NCBI RefSeq assembly: GCF_030539665.1 | Contig: NZ_JAUNXR010000003.1 | Coordinates: 58,326 to 122,325 of the forward strand | Source: Methanobrevibacter sp. | Lineage (GTDB): Archaea > Methanobacteriota > Methanobacteria > Methanobacteriales > Methanobacteriaceae | DNA: 64,000 nucleotides | Direction of reading: 5' to 3' | In this document: in pieces, positions 1 to 10,902 of the stretch | Layout of the letters: each line of letters opens with the position of its first letter | How positions within the stretch are numbered: position 1 is the first letter of the stretch | Made by a program: the position numbers and the translations under genes | Notes under the pieces: model-generated | Told to the model about the DNA's origin: nothing | Databases searched by the model: none | The model's input: only the letters and a program-made list of their open reading frames with translations

Positions 1-97
1 TCAAGCACCACAAAATAAACCAAACCCTTATAATGTAAATCCAAACATTAATACTTATAATAATTATAATGCAACCAAGCAAAAAGAAGGAGATATA

Positions 98-1228
98 ATG
101 AAAAATAACAATGCACAAGAAGTTGAAAGAAAAGATGTTGCTGAAAAAATAGCTGAGGAAACCAGCAGCAAAACAGTAACAACAGATCAATCAACAAAAA
201 AAGAAACATACACAGAAATCGCAGAAGAACAACCAAAAGTAAAAGACAATGAATTAAAAGATTTATTTACAATTGATGAATTGATAAAAGAATCTAAAAG
301 AAAAACAAAATCAACAACAAAAACATCATCTGCTGATGACCAACCTAAATTTGAGAAAAAAGAAGTTGCTTCTTTCTTAACACCTGAAGAAAGAAAAGAA
401 ATGAAAGCAAAATTAAATGAAATGGAAGACGAATTGAAGGAAAAAGAAGCTAAAAAGGATTTGGAAGATTCTGTAAAAGAAGTGGAGACCGAAACCGTCA
501 GGGACGTTTTAAACAAAAGTGAAAGCCCAATCGGTTCACCTATTCTTAAAACCCCAACAAAAACAGAACCTCTCGATGAAGTGATAAAAGACACAGTAGC
601 TGAAAAAATCAGCGAATATCCTCCAGAAGTCGACCAATCTACCAAAAAATCAACCTACACAGATATTTTAGAACAAGAACCAAGTCCAGTAGATCAACCG
701 TTGAAAAACGATTTATTCTCACAAACCACAATTGATGATGAAGACTACTTTAGTGGTGAGGACGATAAGGAATTTGACGAACTTGATTACAGAAAAGACC
801 TAGCTAGAATAACCAACAAGGTTAAAGGATCAAAAATATTCAAGGACGTTAAAAACAAGTTGTCCAGTGAAGAAGTGGAAGACGATCCAAGTATCGATGA
901 AGAATTCATAAGAAATGTAAGATCATACGATTCCCCAGATGAAGAAGACGAATATGTTGTAGATGACTTCATTGCTCCGGAACCAGCTGCTCCTAAAATA
1001 GAAACAGCAAAAGATCTCCACATAAAAGAAATTCCTAAAGTTGACAAAATCCAAATTAAAATAAACAACAATAATTCCACCCTTAAAATAGGAGACGAAA
1101 TCATTTACAAATACAATGGAGACACATACTCAAGCAAAGTATTCGACATTGCTGGAGATGACATTTCCGTCAAATTCAGAGGTAAATACATTACAATAAA
1201 ACCTACTGATGTCAAAAAAATATTCTAG
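98..1228 (+). CDS. Lys/Glu/Asp-rich low-complexity protein with a small C-terminal beta-rich domain, function unknown
   Basis: 376-aa ORF with GGAG upstream of ATG 98. The same frame stays open back to nt 2 at the window edge, so the true start may lie upstream. Motif DQSTKK(E/S)TYT(E/D)I is duplicated near aa 30 and aa 179. Confidence 0.6.
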   Translation: MKNNNAQEVERKDVAEKIAEETSSKTVTTDQSTKKETYTEIAEEQPKVKDNELKDLFTIDELIKESKRKTKSTTKTSSADDQPKFEKKEVASFLTPEERKEMKAKLNEMEDELKEKEAKKDLEDSVKEVETETVRDVLNKSESPIGSPILKTPTKTEPLDEVIKDTVAEKISEYPPEVDQSTKKSTYTDILEQEPSPVDQPLKNDLFSQTTIDDEDYFSGEDDKEFDELDYRKDLARITNKVKGSKIFKDVKNKLSSEEVEDDPSIDEEFIRNVRSYDSPDEEDEYVVDDFIAPEPAAPKIETAKDLHIKEIPKVDKIQIKINNNNSTLKIGDEIIYKYNGDTYSSKVFDIAGDDISVKFRGKYITIKPTDVKKIF

Positions 1229-1325
1229 ATAGTTTAATACTATCTATAACTTTTTCTTTTTTTAAAACAGCTTATTTTTATAAATAAATAATTAAAATTT
1301 CTAAAAAAAAATAAATAAAATGAAA

Positions 1326-2993
1326 TTATTTATGAGCAAAGTAAAAGATTACTTCATCATCTGTAATTTCATCTAAACGTGCAAATCCAACTCTTTCAAA
1401 TTGAACCATATCATCAACTTTCAAATCTTCAATAGCTATTTCACCAAGCCCTGTCTTTACAGAGCCGTCAGGCATGACTATTTTTACATTGACATTCTCT
1501 TCAACAGGAACCCATTGAATGATTTTAGCCTTTTGCTCCCTTGCATCTTCAAATGAAGTGGAATTGTATGTTAGTTTATCTCCTTCAATGTCTGCATTGA
1601 CCGCATCCATCAATCGGACTACTCCATCACGGATATCTTCGCTTGCAAGATATGCGCTGCCATCAAACGCTAGCAATCTGTTTCCCCTGTCGGTGTGGTC
1701 AGCGTGTAATGGTCTTTCAATGATAACATCACCGTCTTCATATCCTTCAACAGTAACTTTTACAGGATTTTCAACGAAGAAATAACGATTAGCTATTGGT
1801 TCTACAAAGTTACGGTTAAGACCATGTATCTTTTTCCAACTGATGGCTGAATCTGACATCTTGACTCCGATTTCGGTGATTAATTGGTAAATTGTTCTTG
1901 GGTCAATTCCCCTTCTTGCAATTGCCTTTAATGTTCCAAGCCTTGGATCATCCCATCCTGAGTATTGGCCGCTTTCAATTCCTTCCGATGCTTTTGAAGT
2001 GCTTAAAGCAATGTCCTCCATTTTCAATCTTCCGTAATGTATGAATTCAGGCATGTCCCATCCCATATGTTCATATAGATATTTTTGCTTTTCTGTGTTA
2101 GCCAAATGATCCTTACCTCTTAAAACATGAGTTAAGCCCAATAAGTGGTCGTCTACAGCTACTGAAAAGTTCATCATAGGATATATTCTGTACTTGTCCC
2201 CTAAACGTGGATGAGGTTCTTCAACAATCCTCATAGCCACCCAATCACGGATAGCTGGATTTTTATGTTCAATATCTGTTTTTACTCTTAAAACAGCTTC
2301 TCCAACTTCCATTTCAGGGAACTTTTCCCACAATTCAAGATTTTCTTCTATAGTGTTGTCTCTGCATGGACATGGCTTGCAGTTATCCTTAAGCTCTTTG
2401 AAGGTAGCCCCATCACAGGTACACATGTAAGCTGCCCCTTTTTCTATCAATTGGCGAGCATAATCATAATATGTTTCAAACCTGTCACTTTGATATATTA
2501 CTTCATCGGCTTTTACCCCTAACCATTCCAAGTCTTCAGGAATCATTTCATAAGCAGGTTCATATACTCTTTTTGGATCTGTGTCTTCTATTCTTAAAAT
2601 CAGTTTTCCATCATGTCTTTTTACATATTCCGCATTTGGAACTGCCGCACGGGCATGACCAATATGTAACGGTCCGCTTGGATTCGGTGCAAAACGCATG
2701 ACGATGTTTTCATGAGAACCTGGAAGTTCCTGAAGTCCCACTTCTTTTTTAACCTTCTTTTCCTTGACTTCCAAATCATACTTTTCCATTTCAGAAGCTA
2801 ATTCCTCAGGAGATAAACCATTTACTTGACCTACAATCTTGCCTGCAATAGGACCTATTTCCTTAGCCCTACTCCTAAGTTCTGCTTCTTGACTCATGAT
2901 TGAACCAATAACAGCTCCAGGATTTGCACTTCCCTTATGTTTAGCTGCATTTAATAAAGCGTGTTTATAAACTATTTTTTCCAATTCATTCAT
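1326..2993 (-). CDS. gltX: glutamyl-tRNA synthetase (archaeal type)
   Basis: 555 aa. Class I HIGH motif (PSGPLHIGHA) and archaeal GluRS-like sequence throughout. Confidence 0.93.
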   Translation of the reverse strand: MNELEKIVYKHALLNAAKHKGSANPGAVIGSIMSQEAELRSRAKEIGPIAGKIVGQVNGLSPEELASEMEKYDLEVKEKKVKKEVGLQELPGSHENIVMRFAPNPSGPLHIGHARAAVPNAEYVKRHDGKLILRIEDTDPKRVYEPAYEMIPEDLEWLGVKADEVIYQSDRFETYYDYARQLIEKGAAYMCTCDGATFKELKDNCKPCPCRDNTIEENLELWEKFPEMEVGEAVLRVKTDIEHKNPAIRDWVAMRIVEEPHPRLGDKYRIYPMMNFSVAVDDHLLGLTHVLRGKDHLANTEKQKYLYEHMGWDMPEFIHYGRLKMEDIALSTSKASEGIESGQYSGWDDPRLGTLKAIARRGIDPRTIYQLITEIGVKMSDSAISWKKIHGLNRNFVEPIANRYFFVENPVKVTVEGYEDGDVIIERPLHADHTDRGNRLLAFDGSAYLASEDIRDGVVRLMDAVNADIEGDKLTYNSTSFEDAREQKAKIIQWVPVEENVNVKIVMPDGSVKTGLGEIAIEDLKVDDMVQFERVGFARLDEITDDEVIFYFAHK

Positions 2994-3101
2994 AAAATCA
3001 TCACATTATAACATTTTAATAAAAAATTAGTAATTTGATAAAGTTATTTATTAATAAACCATATAATATATTTTATTATTAAAAAACAGGAGTCTCAATA
3101 T

Positions 3102-4136
3102 ATGCAGAAATTACGTCTTGGAAAAACAGATTTAGAAGTTAATAAAATTGGATTTGGAGCCCTTCCAATTCAGAGAAGAAATTTTGATGATTCTCTTGAA
3201 ATCCTCAAAAAGGCCTATGACAACGGAATAGACTTCTACGATACTGCACGTGCTTACAGCGATAGTGAGGAAAAGTTAGGCCTGGCATTTTCAGATGTTC
3301 GCGATACAATCTATATAGCGTCCAAAACCATGGCTACTGACGTTGAAAACTTTTGGAAAGACCTTGAAACCAGCCTTAACTATCTTCAGACAGACTATAT
3401 AGACTTGTACCAATTTCACAATCCATCCACCTGTCCAAAACCAGGTGACGGCAGCGGCCTTTATGAAGCAATGCTGGAAGCTAAGGAAAATGGACAAATC
3501 AACCATATTGGAATAACCTCCCACAAATATACAATAGCTAAGGAAGCCATTGATTCCGGGCTTTATGAGACATTGCAATATCCCCTTTCCTATCTGACTG
3601 GAGATAATGAATTGGAACTTGTAAAGATGTGTGAGCTTAATGATGTTGGATTCATAGCTATGAAGGCCATGGGTGGAGGATTAATAAAAAATTCCAAAGC
3701 AGCATTCGGTTTTTTAAATGAATTTGAAAACGTGCTGCCAATCTGGGGAATTCAAAAGGAAAGTGAACTTGATGAATTTTTAGACTATGGGAAAAATAAT
3801 GTTACTTTAAACAACGACGAGAAGCTTGTTGAGGAAATTGAGCATGACAGGAAAGAATTAGGTGATGAATTCTGCAGAGGATGCGGATATTGCATGCCTT
3901 GTCCGGAAGATATTGAGATTAATGCAGCTGCCAGAATGTCTCTTTGGATTAGAAGATTCCCAACAGAGCCTTGTTTAGGTGAAGACTACCAGGAAAAAAT
4001 GAACAAAACCCTCGACTGCACCGAATGTAGGATGTGTGTTGAAAAATGTCCTTATGATTTGAATATACCAAAATTGCTTAAAGAAAACTATGACGACTAC
4101 ATGAAAGTTTTGAATGGAGAAACAAAAATTAGGTGA
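3102..4136 (+). CDS. aldo/keto reductase fused to a C-terminal 2x[4Fe-4S]-type Cys domain
   Basis: N-terminal AKR signature (GFGALPIQRR, DFYDTARAYSDSE). C-terminal CRGCGYCMPCP and CTECRMCVEKCP motifs. Confidence 0.8.
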   Translation: MQKLRLGKTDLEVNKIGFGALPIQRRNFDDSLEILKKAYDNGIDFYDTARAYSDSEEKLGLAFSDVRDTIYIASKTMATDVENFWKDLETSLNYLQTDYIDLYQFHNPSTCPKPGDGSGLYEAMLEAKENGQINHIGITSHKYTIAKEAIDSGLYETLQYPLSYLTGDNELELVKMCELNDVGFIAMKAMGGGLIKNSKAAFGFLNEFENVLPIWGIQKESELDEFLDYGKNNVTLNNDEKLVEEIEHDRKELGDEFCRGCGYCMPCPEDIEINAAARMSLWIRRFPTEPCLGEDYQEKMNKTLDCTECRMCVEKCPYDLNIPKLLKENYDDYMKVLNGETKIR

Positions 4137-4140
4137 AAAC

Positions 4141-4875
4141 ATGGATTTGAAAGATGTAATTTATAAAAGACGCTCCCACAGGGATTATTACCAAAACATA
4201 CCTGAAGATGAAACAATAAATGAGATCAAAGATTTCATATTAAATGCAAAACCATTATATCCGGATATTGAAACCTATTCTGTGATTATAGGTAATGAAG
4301 ATGTTTCCGGACCTTTCAGATGGAAAGCTCCCCAATACATAGCCATTTTCTCTGAGAAAAAACCAGGCTATTTGACCAATGTCGGTTTTATCTACCAACA
4401 GGTGGATCTCTTTTTGCAAAGCATTGGTTTGGGGTCTTGCTGGCTTGGAATGGGTAAATTCAAACCTAAAACGGAGGACATAAAAGACATTACTAAAAAT
4501 GGAGAGCAATTTGTAATTTTGATAGGTTTCGGTAAAGTGAAAGGGGAACTCTATAGGGATGAAAGCCAGTTCAAAAGAAAAAACCTTAATGACATTTCAG
4601 ATTCCATTGATAGAAAATTAGAGGTGGCTAGACTTGCGCCGTCCGCCATCAACAGCCAGCCATGGTATTTCATACATGAAGACGGCTATTATAGCGTTTA
4701 TTGCAAGGAATTGAATTTTATCAGAAGAAGAATTCTTGGAAATCTAAACAAGATAGACATAGGCATTGCACTGGCCCACTTATACATTGCAAATCCGGAG
4801 ACTTTTGAATTCTTTGAAGTTGACAGCCCCATACCAATAAAAGACTATTATTACATTGGAAGCTTCAAAATATAG
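4141..4875 (+). CDS. nitroreductase-family protein
   Basis: Nitroreductase-like motifs (RRSHRDY, APSAINSQPW). Start trimmed to ATG 4141, which follows AGGTGA and the upstream gene's stop. The ORF-track start 4114 overlaps the AKR gene. Confidence 0.75.
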   Translation: MDLKDVIYKRRSHRDYYQNIPEDETINEIKDFILNAKPLYPDIETYSVIIGNEDVSGPFRWKAPQYIAIFSEKKPGYLTNVGFIYQQVDLFLQSIGLGSCWLGMGKFKPKTEDIKDITKNGEQFVILIGFGKVKGELYRDESQFKRKNLNDISDSIDRKLEVARLAPSAINSQPWYFIHEDGYYSVYCKELNFIRRRILGNLNKIDIGIALAHLYIANPETFEFFEVDSPIPIKDYYYIGSFKI

Positions 4876-4884
4876 GTGGAAACA

Positions 4885-5709
4885 ATGAAAAAACAATGCA
4901 TAGACAATCCTGATGAACTAGATTGGGTTGCATACTGGCAGAAAGCCATTTCATCAAAGGAAGGAAAAGACTGGGATAAGGCAGCAGTTAACTTCAAAAA
5001 GAGAAACAGGAAAGACGATTATCAGAATTCCTTGTTTTCAAAACTCCCATTAACTGAAGATGATACAGTATTGGATGTTGGATGTGGTGAAGGATCCATT
5101 ACATTGCCAATAGCTAAAAAAGTGAAAAGGGTGACTAGTGTTGATTCATCTAGAAAAATGCTGGAACTGTTAAATGAAAGAGTGGAAGATGAAGGGGTTG
5201 ATAACGTTGACACCATACTGAAGCCCATTGAGGACATCAGATATGATGAAATTGGTGATCATGATATTGTCATAGCTTCAAGATCAATGAATGGAATAGT
5301 TCCAATTGAGGAAACCATTAGTGAACTCAATAAGATTGCAAATAAATATGTCTTCATCACAGTATTTGGACCTAATGACCGAAAGATGATAAAAGACTTC
5401 GAAGCATCTATAGGAAAGGATTCGAATCATTTCCCCGACTATAACTACCTATTCAATATTCTTTTTAATATGGGCATATATGCAAATGTTGAACGGTTAG
5501 ACATTAAAGAATACCCAAAATACGATTCCATAGAAGAAGCCATGAACAATGGAAAATTCCGCCTTGACCTATTGGATGACAGTGAAAAGGACGAACTAAA
5601 GACATATCTTGAAAAAGTCCTTAAAAAAGATCCGAAAACAGGAAAATTATATAATAAGAATGACAATGCCGACTGGATGTTATTCTGGTGGAAAAAAGAG
5701 GATGATTAA
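4885..5709 (+). CDS. class I SAM-dependent methyltransferase
   Basis: Motif I VLDVGCGEGS. ATG 4885 is preceded by AGGTGG; the ORF-track GTG 4876 lies inside that SD. Confidence 0.75.
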   Translation: MKKQCIDNPDELDWVAYWQKAISSKEGKDWDKAAVNFKKRNRKDDYQNSLFSKLPLTEDDTVLDVGCGEGSITLPIAKKVKRVTSVDSSRKMLELLNERVEDEGVDNVDTILKPIEDIRYDEIGDHDIVIASRSMNGIVPIEETISELNKIANKYVFITVFGPNDRKMIKDFEASIGKDSNHFPDYNYLFNILFNMGIYANVERLDIKEYPKYDSIEEAMNNGKFRLDLLDDSEKDELKTYLEKVLKKDPKTGKLYNKNDNADWMLFWWKKEDD

Positions 5710-5851
5710 TTTCATAATCTTTTTCTATTACCTTTTTAAATTTTGAAGAATTTTAAAATAAGAATCTATTTTATAAAACACTATTTTTCAAATAGCTGAA
5801 ATAAACTTTTTAAAAATAAAAAAAATAAAAAAAAAAATGAATAAAATAAAT

Positions 5852-6184
5852 TTATTCAGATTTAATCATGGTTAACATCATTTTGAATTTTTGGTCAGCT
5901 TTCAAAGCATGTGGAATGTCTGCTGGCATGATAATCATTTGATCTTTTCTTACAACATGATTTTCACCGCCAATAGTGACGATAGCTTCACCATCAATGA
6001 CTTGTACAAGTGCATCGAATGGTGCTGAATGTTCGCTGATACCTTGACCTTCGTCAACTGCGAAAAGAGTAATAGTACCGGTTGTCTTTTTCACAAGCTC
6101 TTTACTTACGATTGTGTTGTCTTGGTATTCAATAAGTCCTTGTAATTCCATTGCTTTTGCTATGTATTGTTCATCAATTGTCAT
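5852..6184 (-). CDS. cupin-domain protein
   Basis: 110 aa with a cupin-like H-containing beta-barrel (GISEHSAPFDALVQVIDGE, MPADIPHAL). Lies immediately downstream of hcp on the same strand. Confidence 0.7.
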   Translation of the reverse strand: MTIDEQYIAKAMELQGLIEYQDNTIVSKELVKKTTGTITLFAVDEGQGISEHSAPFDALVQVIDGEAIVTIGGENHVVRKDQMIIMPADIPHALKADQKFKMMLTMIKSE

Positions 6185-6242
6185 GATTTCATCTCCTTTT
6201 ATATTTTGTATTTTTTTATTAATGACAATAAACTATATAAAC

Positions 6243-7544
6243 TTAACCCATTATATCTTTGATGTCTTCTTTTGCATCTCCGCAGACATGCAAGTTGAAG
6301 TTGTCAACTAAGAATGTTAACATTTCATCGTTGATCCATGCAGGTACAATCGGTCCGATGTACATGTCTTGTTTGTTTAATGCAAGTAAACTCCAAAGGA
6401 TAGATACTGCTTTTTGTTCCATCCAACTTAATACGATGCTTAATGGCAAGTCGTTTAATTCAACGCCGAATAAGTCACATAAAGCAACAGCAATATCAAT
6501 AGCTACGATGGTATCGTTACATTGACCTAAATCTATAAGTCTTGGGATTCCTTCGATATCACCTAAATCCAAGTCGTTGAATCTGAATTTACCACATGCT
6601 AAAGTAAGAACAACAGTGTCTTCAGGTAAGTTTTCTACGAATTCTCTATAATATGATCTTTTTGGATTTGGTCCGTCACATCCACCGACAACAAAGAATC
6701 TTTTGATTTTTCCTGATTCAACTAATTCCTTGATTTTGTCAGCTAAGGATAAGATAGTTGCTAATCCGAATCCTGTGGAAATGGTTGTGGTTTCTTCTTC
6801 CGGCATGTCACCAAGTTCAAGAGCTTTGTCTATGATTGGTTGGAAATCGTAATCTTCAATTACAGGTACGCCTGGAAGTTTTGCAACATCCATAGTGAAC
6901 ATTCTGTCAGCATATTCGTCTTTAGGAATGAGTACACAGTTGGAAGTTCCTAAAATAGCTGCATTGTATTTTGAGAATGTTTCTTTTTGATCAGCCCAGG
7001 ATCCACCTAATTCACCAACTAAATGTTCATATTTGTTGAGGCCAGGGTAACCGTGTGCTGGCAACATTTCACTGTGAGTGTAAACTTTAATTCCAGTTCC
7101 TTCAGTTGCTTTTAATAATTCTTCCAAAGCTTTTAAGTCATGACCTGTTACGATGATAGCTGGACCGCCTTGGGAACCTACTTTAACTTCTACAGGTTCT
7201 GGTTCTCCGAATGCTGCAATATTTGCTTCCTTAAGCAATTTCATTACTTTGATATTAGCTTCACCAGCTTCAATACCTAAGTTAATCAAGTCTTCTGCAT
7301 CGAAATTAACATTGGTTAAAGTGGAATACAAACCTTTAGTTAAAAATTCGTCAACATCGGTGTCACGTGCTCCTAAAACATTTGCACAGTAGTTGTAAGC
7401 ACTAATACCTTTCATAGCATAGATTAAATTATCTTGTAATCTAGCAACAGTAGGTAACTTTCCACAAACTCCTCTTACTGTACAACCTTCGCCTCTAGCG
7501 GTTTGAGCACATTGATAACAAAACATATCTAATTTTTCTACCAT
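6243..7544 (-). CDS. hcp: hybrid-cluster protein / hydroxylamine reductase
   Basis: N-terminal [21 protein letters not shown] motif and Hcp-like sequence throughout. Start set at ATG 7544 ([12 protein letters not shown]), preceded by TAGGAGGAAC. The ORF-track start 7607 adds 21 implausible residues. Confidence 0.9.
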   Translation of the reverse strand: MVEKLDMFCYQCAQTARGEGCTVRGVCGKLPTVARLQDNLIYAMKGISAYNYCANVLGARDTDVDEFLTKGLYSTLTNVNFDAEDLINLGIEAGEANIKVMKLLKEANIAAFGEPEPVEVKVGSQGGPAIIVTGHDLKALEELLKATEGTGIKVYTHSEMLPAHGYPGLNKYEHLVGELGGSWADQKETFSKYNAAILGTSNCVLIPKDEYADRMFTMDVAKLPGVPVIEDYDFQPIIDKALELGDMPEEETTTISTGFGLATILSLADKIKELVESGKIKRFFVVGGCDGPNPKRSYYREFVENLPEDTVVLTLACGKFRFNDLDLGDIEGIPRLIDLGQCNDTIVAIDIAVALCDLFGVELNDLPLSIVLSWMEQKAVSILWSLLALNKQDMYIGPIVPAWINDEMLTFLVDNFNLHVCGDAKEDIKDIMG

Positions 7545-7671
7545 ATTTAAGTTCCTCCTATTAAAAAAAATTACAAATATTAAATAAAACAACAAACTAT
7601 TTAACATTATCGTAATATCCCATTAAAATGGAAGATAATAAAAGATATAGTTTAATATAATATAATAATTT

Positions 7672-7699
7672 TGTCACTATATTTGGGTGAAAAGTGACA
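7672..7699. promoter_or_regulatory. inverted repeat TGTCACT-N14-AGTGACA in the hcp/trmB divergent intergenic region (candidate operator)
   Basis: Perfect 7-bp arms at 7672-7678 and 7693-7699, about 36 nt upstream of the TrmB-like ATG. Confidence 0.3.
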
Positions 7700-7734
7700 T
7701 ATTATTTAAAAACCATGAGAATAAAATTAAAATT

Positions 7735-8517
7735 ATGAATAGTGAAGACATTGAAACACTAAGAAAGATAGGATTGACAACATATGAGGCAACGGCATAC
7801 ATAACCCTGGCGTCACTAATATCAGCCACTGCAGTTGAAGTAAGCAAATCCTCCCAAATCCCAAGATCAAAAATATATGAAGTTTTAAAGAGCCTGGCAG
7901 AAAAAGAATTTATAGAAATAGAAACCGGAAGACCGTTGAAATACAACATAAAACCTCCGATAACAACAATAAACAAGCAGAAGGAAAAGCTAAACACGGA
8001 ACTGGACAAGCTTGCAAGCAAGTTGAACTTCATATATGAAAATGAAATAAAGCAGGTGCCTGCTCCGGTATGGAAGATAAGTGGAGTGACAAACATCATT
8101 CAAAAAGAGATTGACATAATAAAGCGCTCAAAAGAAACAATCTCAATGAGGATAGGATTTCTGTTTGAAGATGAACTTGAAATAATCATTAAAGAACTGA
8201 AAAAGAAAAATGAAACCGTGAATATTAATGTGCTGATTTCTCCAGAATGTCCATATGAGCATTCAGATGCAAATATAATAGAATGCTTTAAAAAAGAAGG
8301 AATAAATGTCTACGAAGCAGATATTCCATCAGTTAAAATGATGATAATCGATGGAAAAGAGATGTTCCACACATATACAAAAATTAATGAAGACAAGAAT
8401 GAAATCATGCCTAATTCAACCATTGGAGTTTGGAATCAATATGAGGACGTTGCGAAAAATTACGAGTCAAACTTCAAAAAGCAGCTTAAAAAAATTAAAA
8501 TGAAAAAAGAAGAATAG
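7735..8517 (+). CDS. TrmB-family transcriptional regulator (wHTH plus TrmB C-terminal domain)
   Basis: N-terminus LRKIGLTTYEATAYITL..SKSSQIPRSKIYEVLKSLAEKEFIE is a typical TrmB wHTH. Start moved to ATG 7735; the ORF-track start is GTG 7687. Confidence 0.75.
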   Translation: MNSEDIETLRKIGLTTYEATAYITLASLISATAVEVSKSSQIPRSKIYEVLKSLAEKEFIEIETGRPLKYNIKPPITTINKQKEKLNTELDKLASKLNFIYENEIKQVPAPVWKISGVTNIIQKEIDIIKRSKETISMRIGFLFEDELEIIIKELKKKNETVNINVLISPECPYEHSDANIIECFKKEGINVYEADIPSVKMMIIDGKEMFHTYTKINEDKNEIMPNSTIGVWNQYEDVAKNYESNFKKQLKKIKMKKEE

Positions 8518-8535
8518 GTAAAATAATTACCTAAT

Positions 8536-9531
8536 TTAGGAATGTCTTTCAAGCACAAAATCAGCAATCAATTCTAATGCAGTTTTACTTGGACTATCAG
8601 GTAATATTTCTAATAGTTGTTTAGCTTCATCCACATTATCTTGAGCGATATTTCTAGCATATTCAATGGAGCCATATTTATTGAAAATTTCAATAGCTAT
8701 ATCTACATCTTCCTGAGTAGAATTAGGATTTTTCAAAATTTCCAATAATGTTTCGCCATCCTCTTCACTAGCATTCTCTAAAGCATTAACAACAATTAAA
8801 GTCATTTTACCTTTAACGATGTCACTACCAATAGGTTTGCCAAGAGATTCTTCATCACTTACTAAATCAAGGTAATCATCCTGAATTTGGAATGCAAGAC
8901 CAATCAATCTTCCATAGTCATACATTATTTCTACAATATCCTCACTTGCACCACCAGTAATAGCCCCTGCTTTTGTTGCAGCGCAAATCAATGCACCTGT
9001 TTTCTTGAATATCATGTCAAGATATTCATCTTCAGTTACATCATATCTGCCTTCAAAGCTAATGTCAGCAGCCTGACCTTCACAGATCTTTACACAAGCA
9101 TCAGAAACTGTAGCAATAGTTTGGGTAATCTGCAAAGGTGACACATTTTCCCTTTCTGAATTGCAAATCAATTCAAAGGCCTTTGAAAATAAAGTATCTC
9201 CAGCCAAAATAGCTACACCATTACCCCATACCTTATGAACAGAAGGCATACCTCTCCTCATATCATCTTCATCCATGATATCATCATGAATAAGTGAGAA
9301 AGTGTGTATTAATTCAATTGCAGCTGCAGCATAAACTGCACTTTCCTTTTTGCCTCCAATAGCTTCAGCAGAAATTAAAGCAAGGCAAGGCCTTAACATT
9401 TTACCTCCTGCTTTGGTTAAATAAATTGAAGCCTCCTGAAGACTTTCTGGAGTGATATCAGACAAACCTTCAACTATTACATTGATAATATCGTCTGAAT
9501 AAGACCCCAATATCTCTTTTACATCACTCAT
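8536..9531 (-). CDS. idsA: geranylgeranyl diphosphate (polyprenyl) synthase
   Basis: Two Asp-rich motifs: [11 protein letters not shown] and FQIQDDYLD. Confidence 0.9.
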   Translation of the reverse strand: MSDVKEILGSYSDDIINVIVEGLSDITPESLQEASIYLTKAGGKMLRPCLALISAEAIGGKKESAVYAAAAIELIHTFSLIHDDIMDEDDMRRGMPSVHKVWGNGVAILAGDTLFSKAFELICNSERENVSPLQITQTIATVSDACVKICEGQAADISFEGRYDVTEDEYLDMIFKKTGALICAATKAGAITGGASEDIVEIMYDYGRLIGLAFQIQDDYLDLVSDEESLGKPIGSDIVKGKMTLIVVNALENASEEDGETLLEILKNPNSTQEDVDIAIEIFNKYGSIEYARNIAQDNVDEAKQLLEILPDSPSKTALELIADFVLERHS

Positions 9532-9555
9532 AAAAACCTCTCCGATAATTGTATT

Positions 9556-10902
9556 CTAGTTAGCTGTATTAAAAACTTGAGCTTGAGCATTTCTCAAAAT
9601 ATGAACGTTCTTACCAATCCTATACCCTTCTTCTTCAGCCAATTCACCATATGCAGAAAGCATGGATAAATCTCCGTGAGCAGGAATAATATGTTGTGGT
9701 TTTAACATTCTAATGAAATCCCTATGGTCTTCACGACCTGCGTGTCCAGAAACATGAGCTTCTGAATAAATTCTAGCACCTGATGATTTTAACCTACGTT
9801 CCATAATATGCCTATTAGCAGCATTTGTTGGATTTGGAATAATAGGTGCTGAAATAATAACGTTATCACCTTTTTTAACAGTGAAAGGAGTTTTTCCACT
9901 AGCTATTCTTGGAAGTAAAGCATCAGGTTCCCCTTGATGGCCGGTAGTTACAAGCAAATATTTGTCACGGGCTTCATTAGCCTTCATCAAAGCCTTATTT
10001 ACTGCCTTAGGACTTCCATAAATACTAGCGTTTTTTGGTAATTTTAATATTCCCTGACTTTGAGCCATACCACAGAACCTTTCCATTGATCTTCCAAGGA
10101 ACAAGATTTCCCTATGGCTTTTTTTAGCAATATCTGCAATAGCTTGAATCCTTTCAACATGAGAAGAGAATGTTGTAACAATCATACCTGTCTTTTCATG
10201 AAGAGGACCTCTCATCAAGTCTTCCAAAATGTTTCTCGCAATCCTTTCTGAGTAAGTTTTAACTTCAGTTGTATTTTTAACGTTAGTACTTTCGACAATG
10301 AGAGTTAAAACTCCTTTTCTACCTAATTCTTTTAGTCTTTTGTAATCAGGTGGTGGAGACACTTTTTGATGATTGTCAAACTTAAAGTCAAGAGCATAAA
10401 CAATAATTCCTTCTGGTGTGTGTAAAACAGGAAATACCGCTTGTGGTATACTGTGAGTAGCTTGAACAAATTCTAAGGTAATGTCCTTAGACAAGTTCAT
10501 TTTTCCACCAGGATTTAAAGTTTTAATAGGATTATTAACTTTAAATTTACGTTCTCCATTAATTTGTTTTTGTACTAAAGCAGCAGTATATGGACTTCCA
10601 ATTAACGGTGCATCATATCTGTGTGCCAATTTTGCAACTGCCCCGATATGATCCAAATGACCGTGAGAGAAAACAATTCCTTTAACTTTACCGTCTACTT
10701 CCTTCATCAAAGTATCATCTGGAATTACTCCTCTTTCAATCAAATCCAAACTGTGCATCCTATCAATGTCAGTATCTTCATGAACATTGATTCTGTCAAG
10801 ATGTATCCCCATGTCAAAAATTATTACATCTTCGCCTACCTTAACAGCAGTCATGTTTCTTCCTACTTCTTCGTATCCGCCAATAGCAATTACTTCAACG
10901 GT
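9556..10902 (-). CDS. rnj: ribonuclease J (metallo-beta-lactamase / beta-CASP)
   Basis: HGHLDHIG motif and beta-CASP architecture. Start set to [10 protein letters not shown] (ATG 10902), which overlaps the fni stop by 8 nt. Confidence 0.85.
   Translation of the reverse strand, partial: TVEVIAIGGYEEVGRNMTAVKVGEDVIIFDMGIHLDRINVHEDTDIDRMHSLDLIERGVIPDDTLMKEVDGKVKGIVFSHGHLDHIGAVAKLAHRYDAPLIGSPYTAALVQKQINGERKFKVNNPIKTLNPGGKMNLSKDITLEFVQATHSIPQAVFPVLHTPEGIIVYALDFKFDNHQKVSPPPDYKRLKELGRKGVLTLIVESTNVKNTTEVKTYSERIARNILEDLMRGPLHEKTGMIVTTFSSHVERIQAIADIAKKSHREILFLGRSMERFCGMAQSQGILKLPKNASIYGSPKAVNKALMKANEARDKYLLVTTGHQGEPDALLPRIASGKTPFTVKKGDNVIISAPIIPNPTNAANRHIMERRLKSSGARIYSEAHVSGHAGREDHRDFIRMLKPQHIIPAHGDLSMLSAYGELAEEEGYRIGKNVHILRNAQAQVFNTAN

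Noticed and set aside
187-645. Antisense or shadow ORFs listed in the six-frame track inside well-supported genes. Examples: 187-645, 787-1104, 7677-8099, 19428-19727, 37268-37690, 41787-42227, 42505-42837, 53676-54032, 59603-60151, 61758-62081 and 63449-63697.
   Set aside because: Each lies fully within a conserved gene on the opposite strand. They have Ser/Leu/Ile/Phe-rich composition typical of antisense reading of AT-rich coding DNA, no SD, and no recognisable family.
7619-7631. Second short palindrome CCAT-N-ATGG in the hcp/trmB spacer.
   Set aside because: The arms are only 4 bp, which is indistinguishable from chance.
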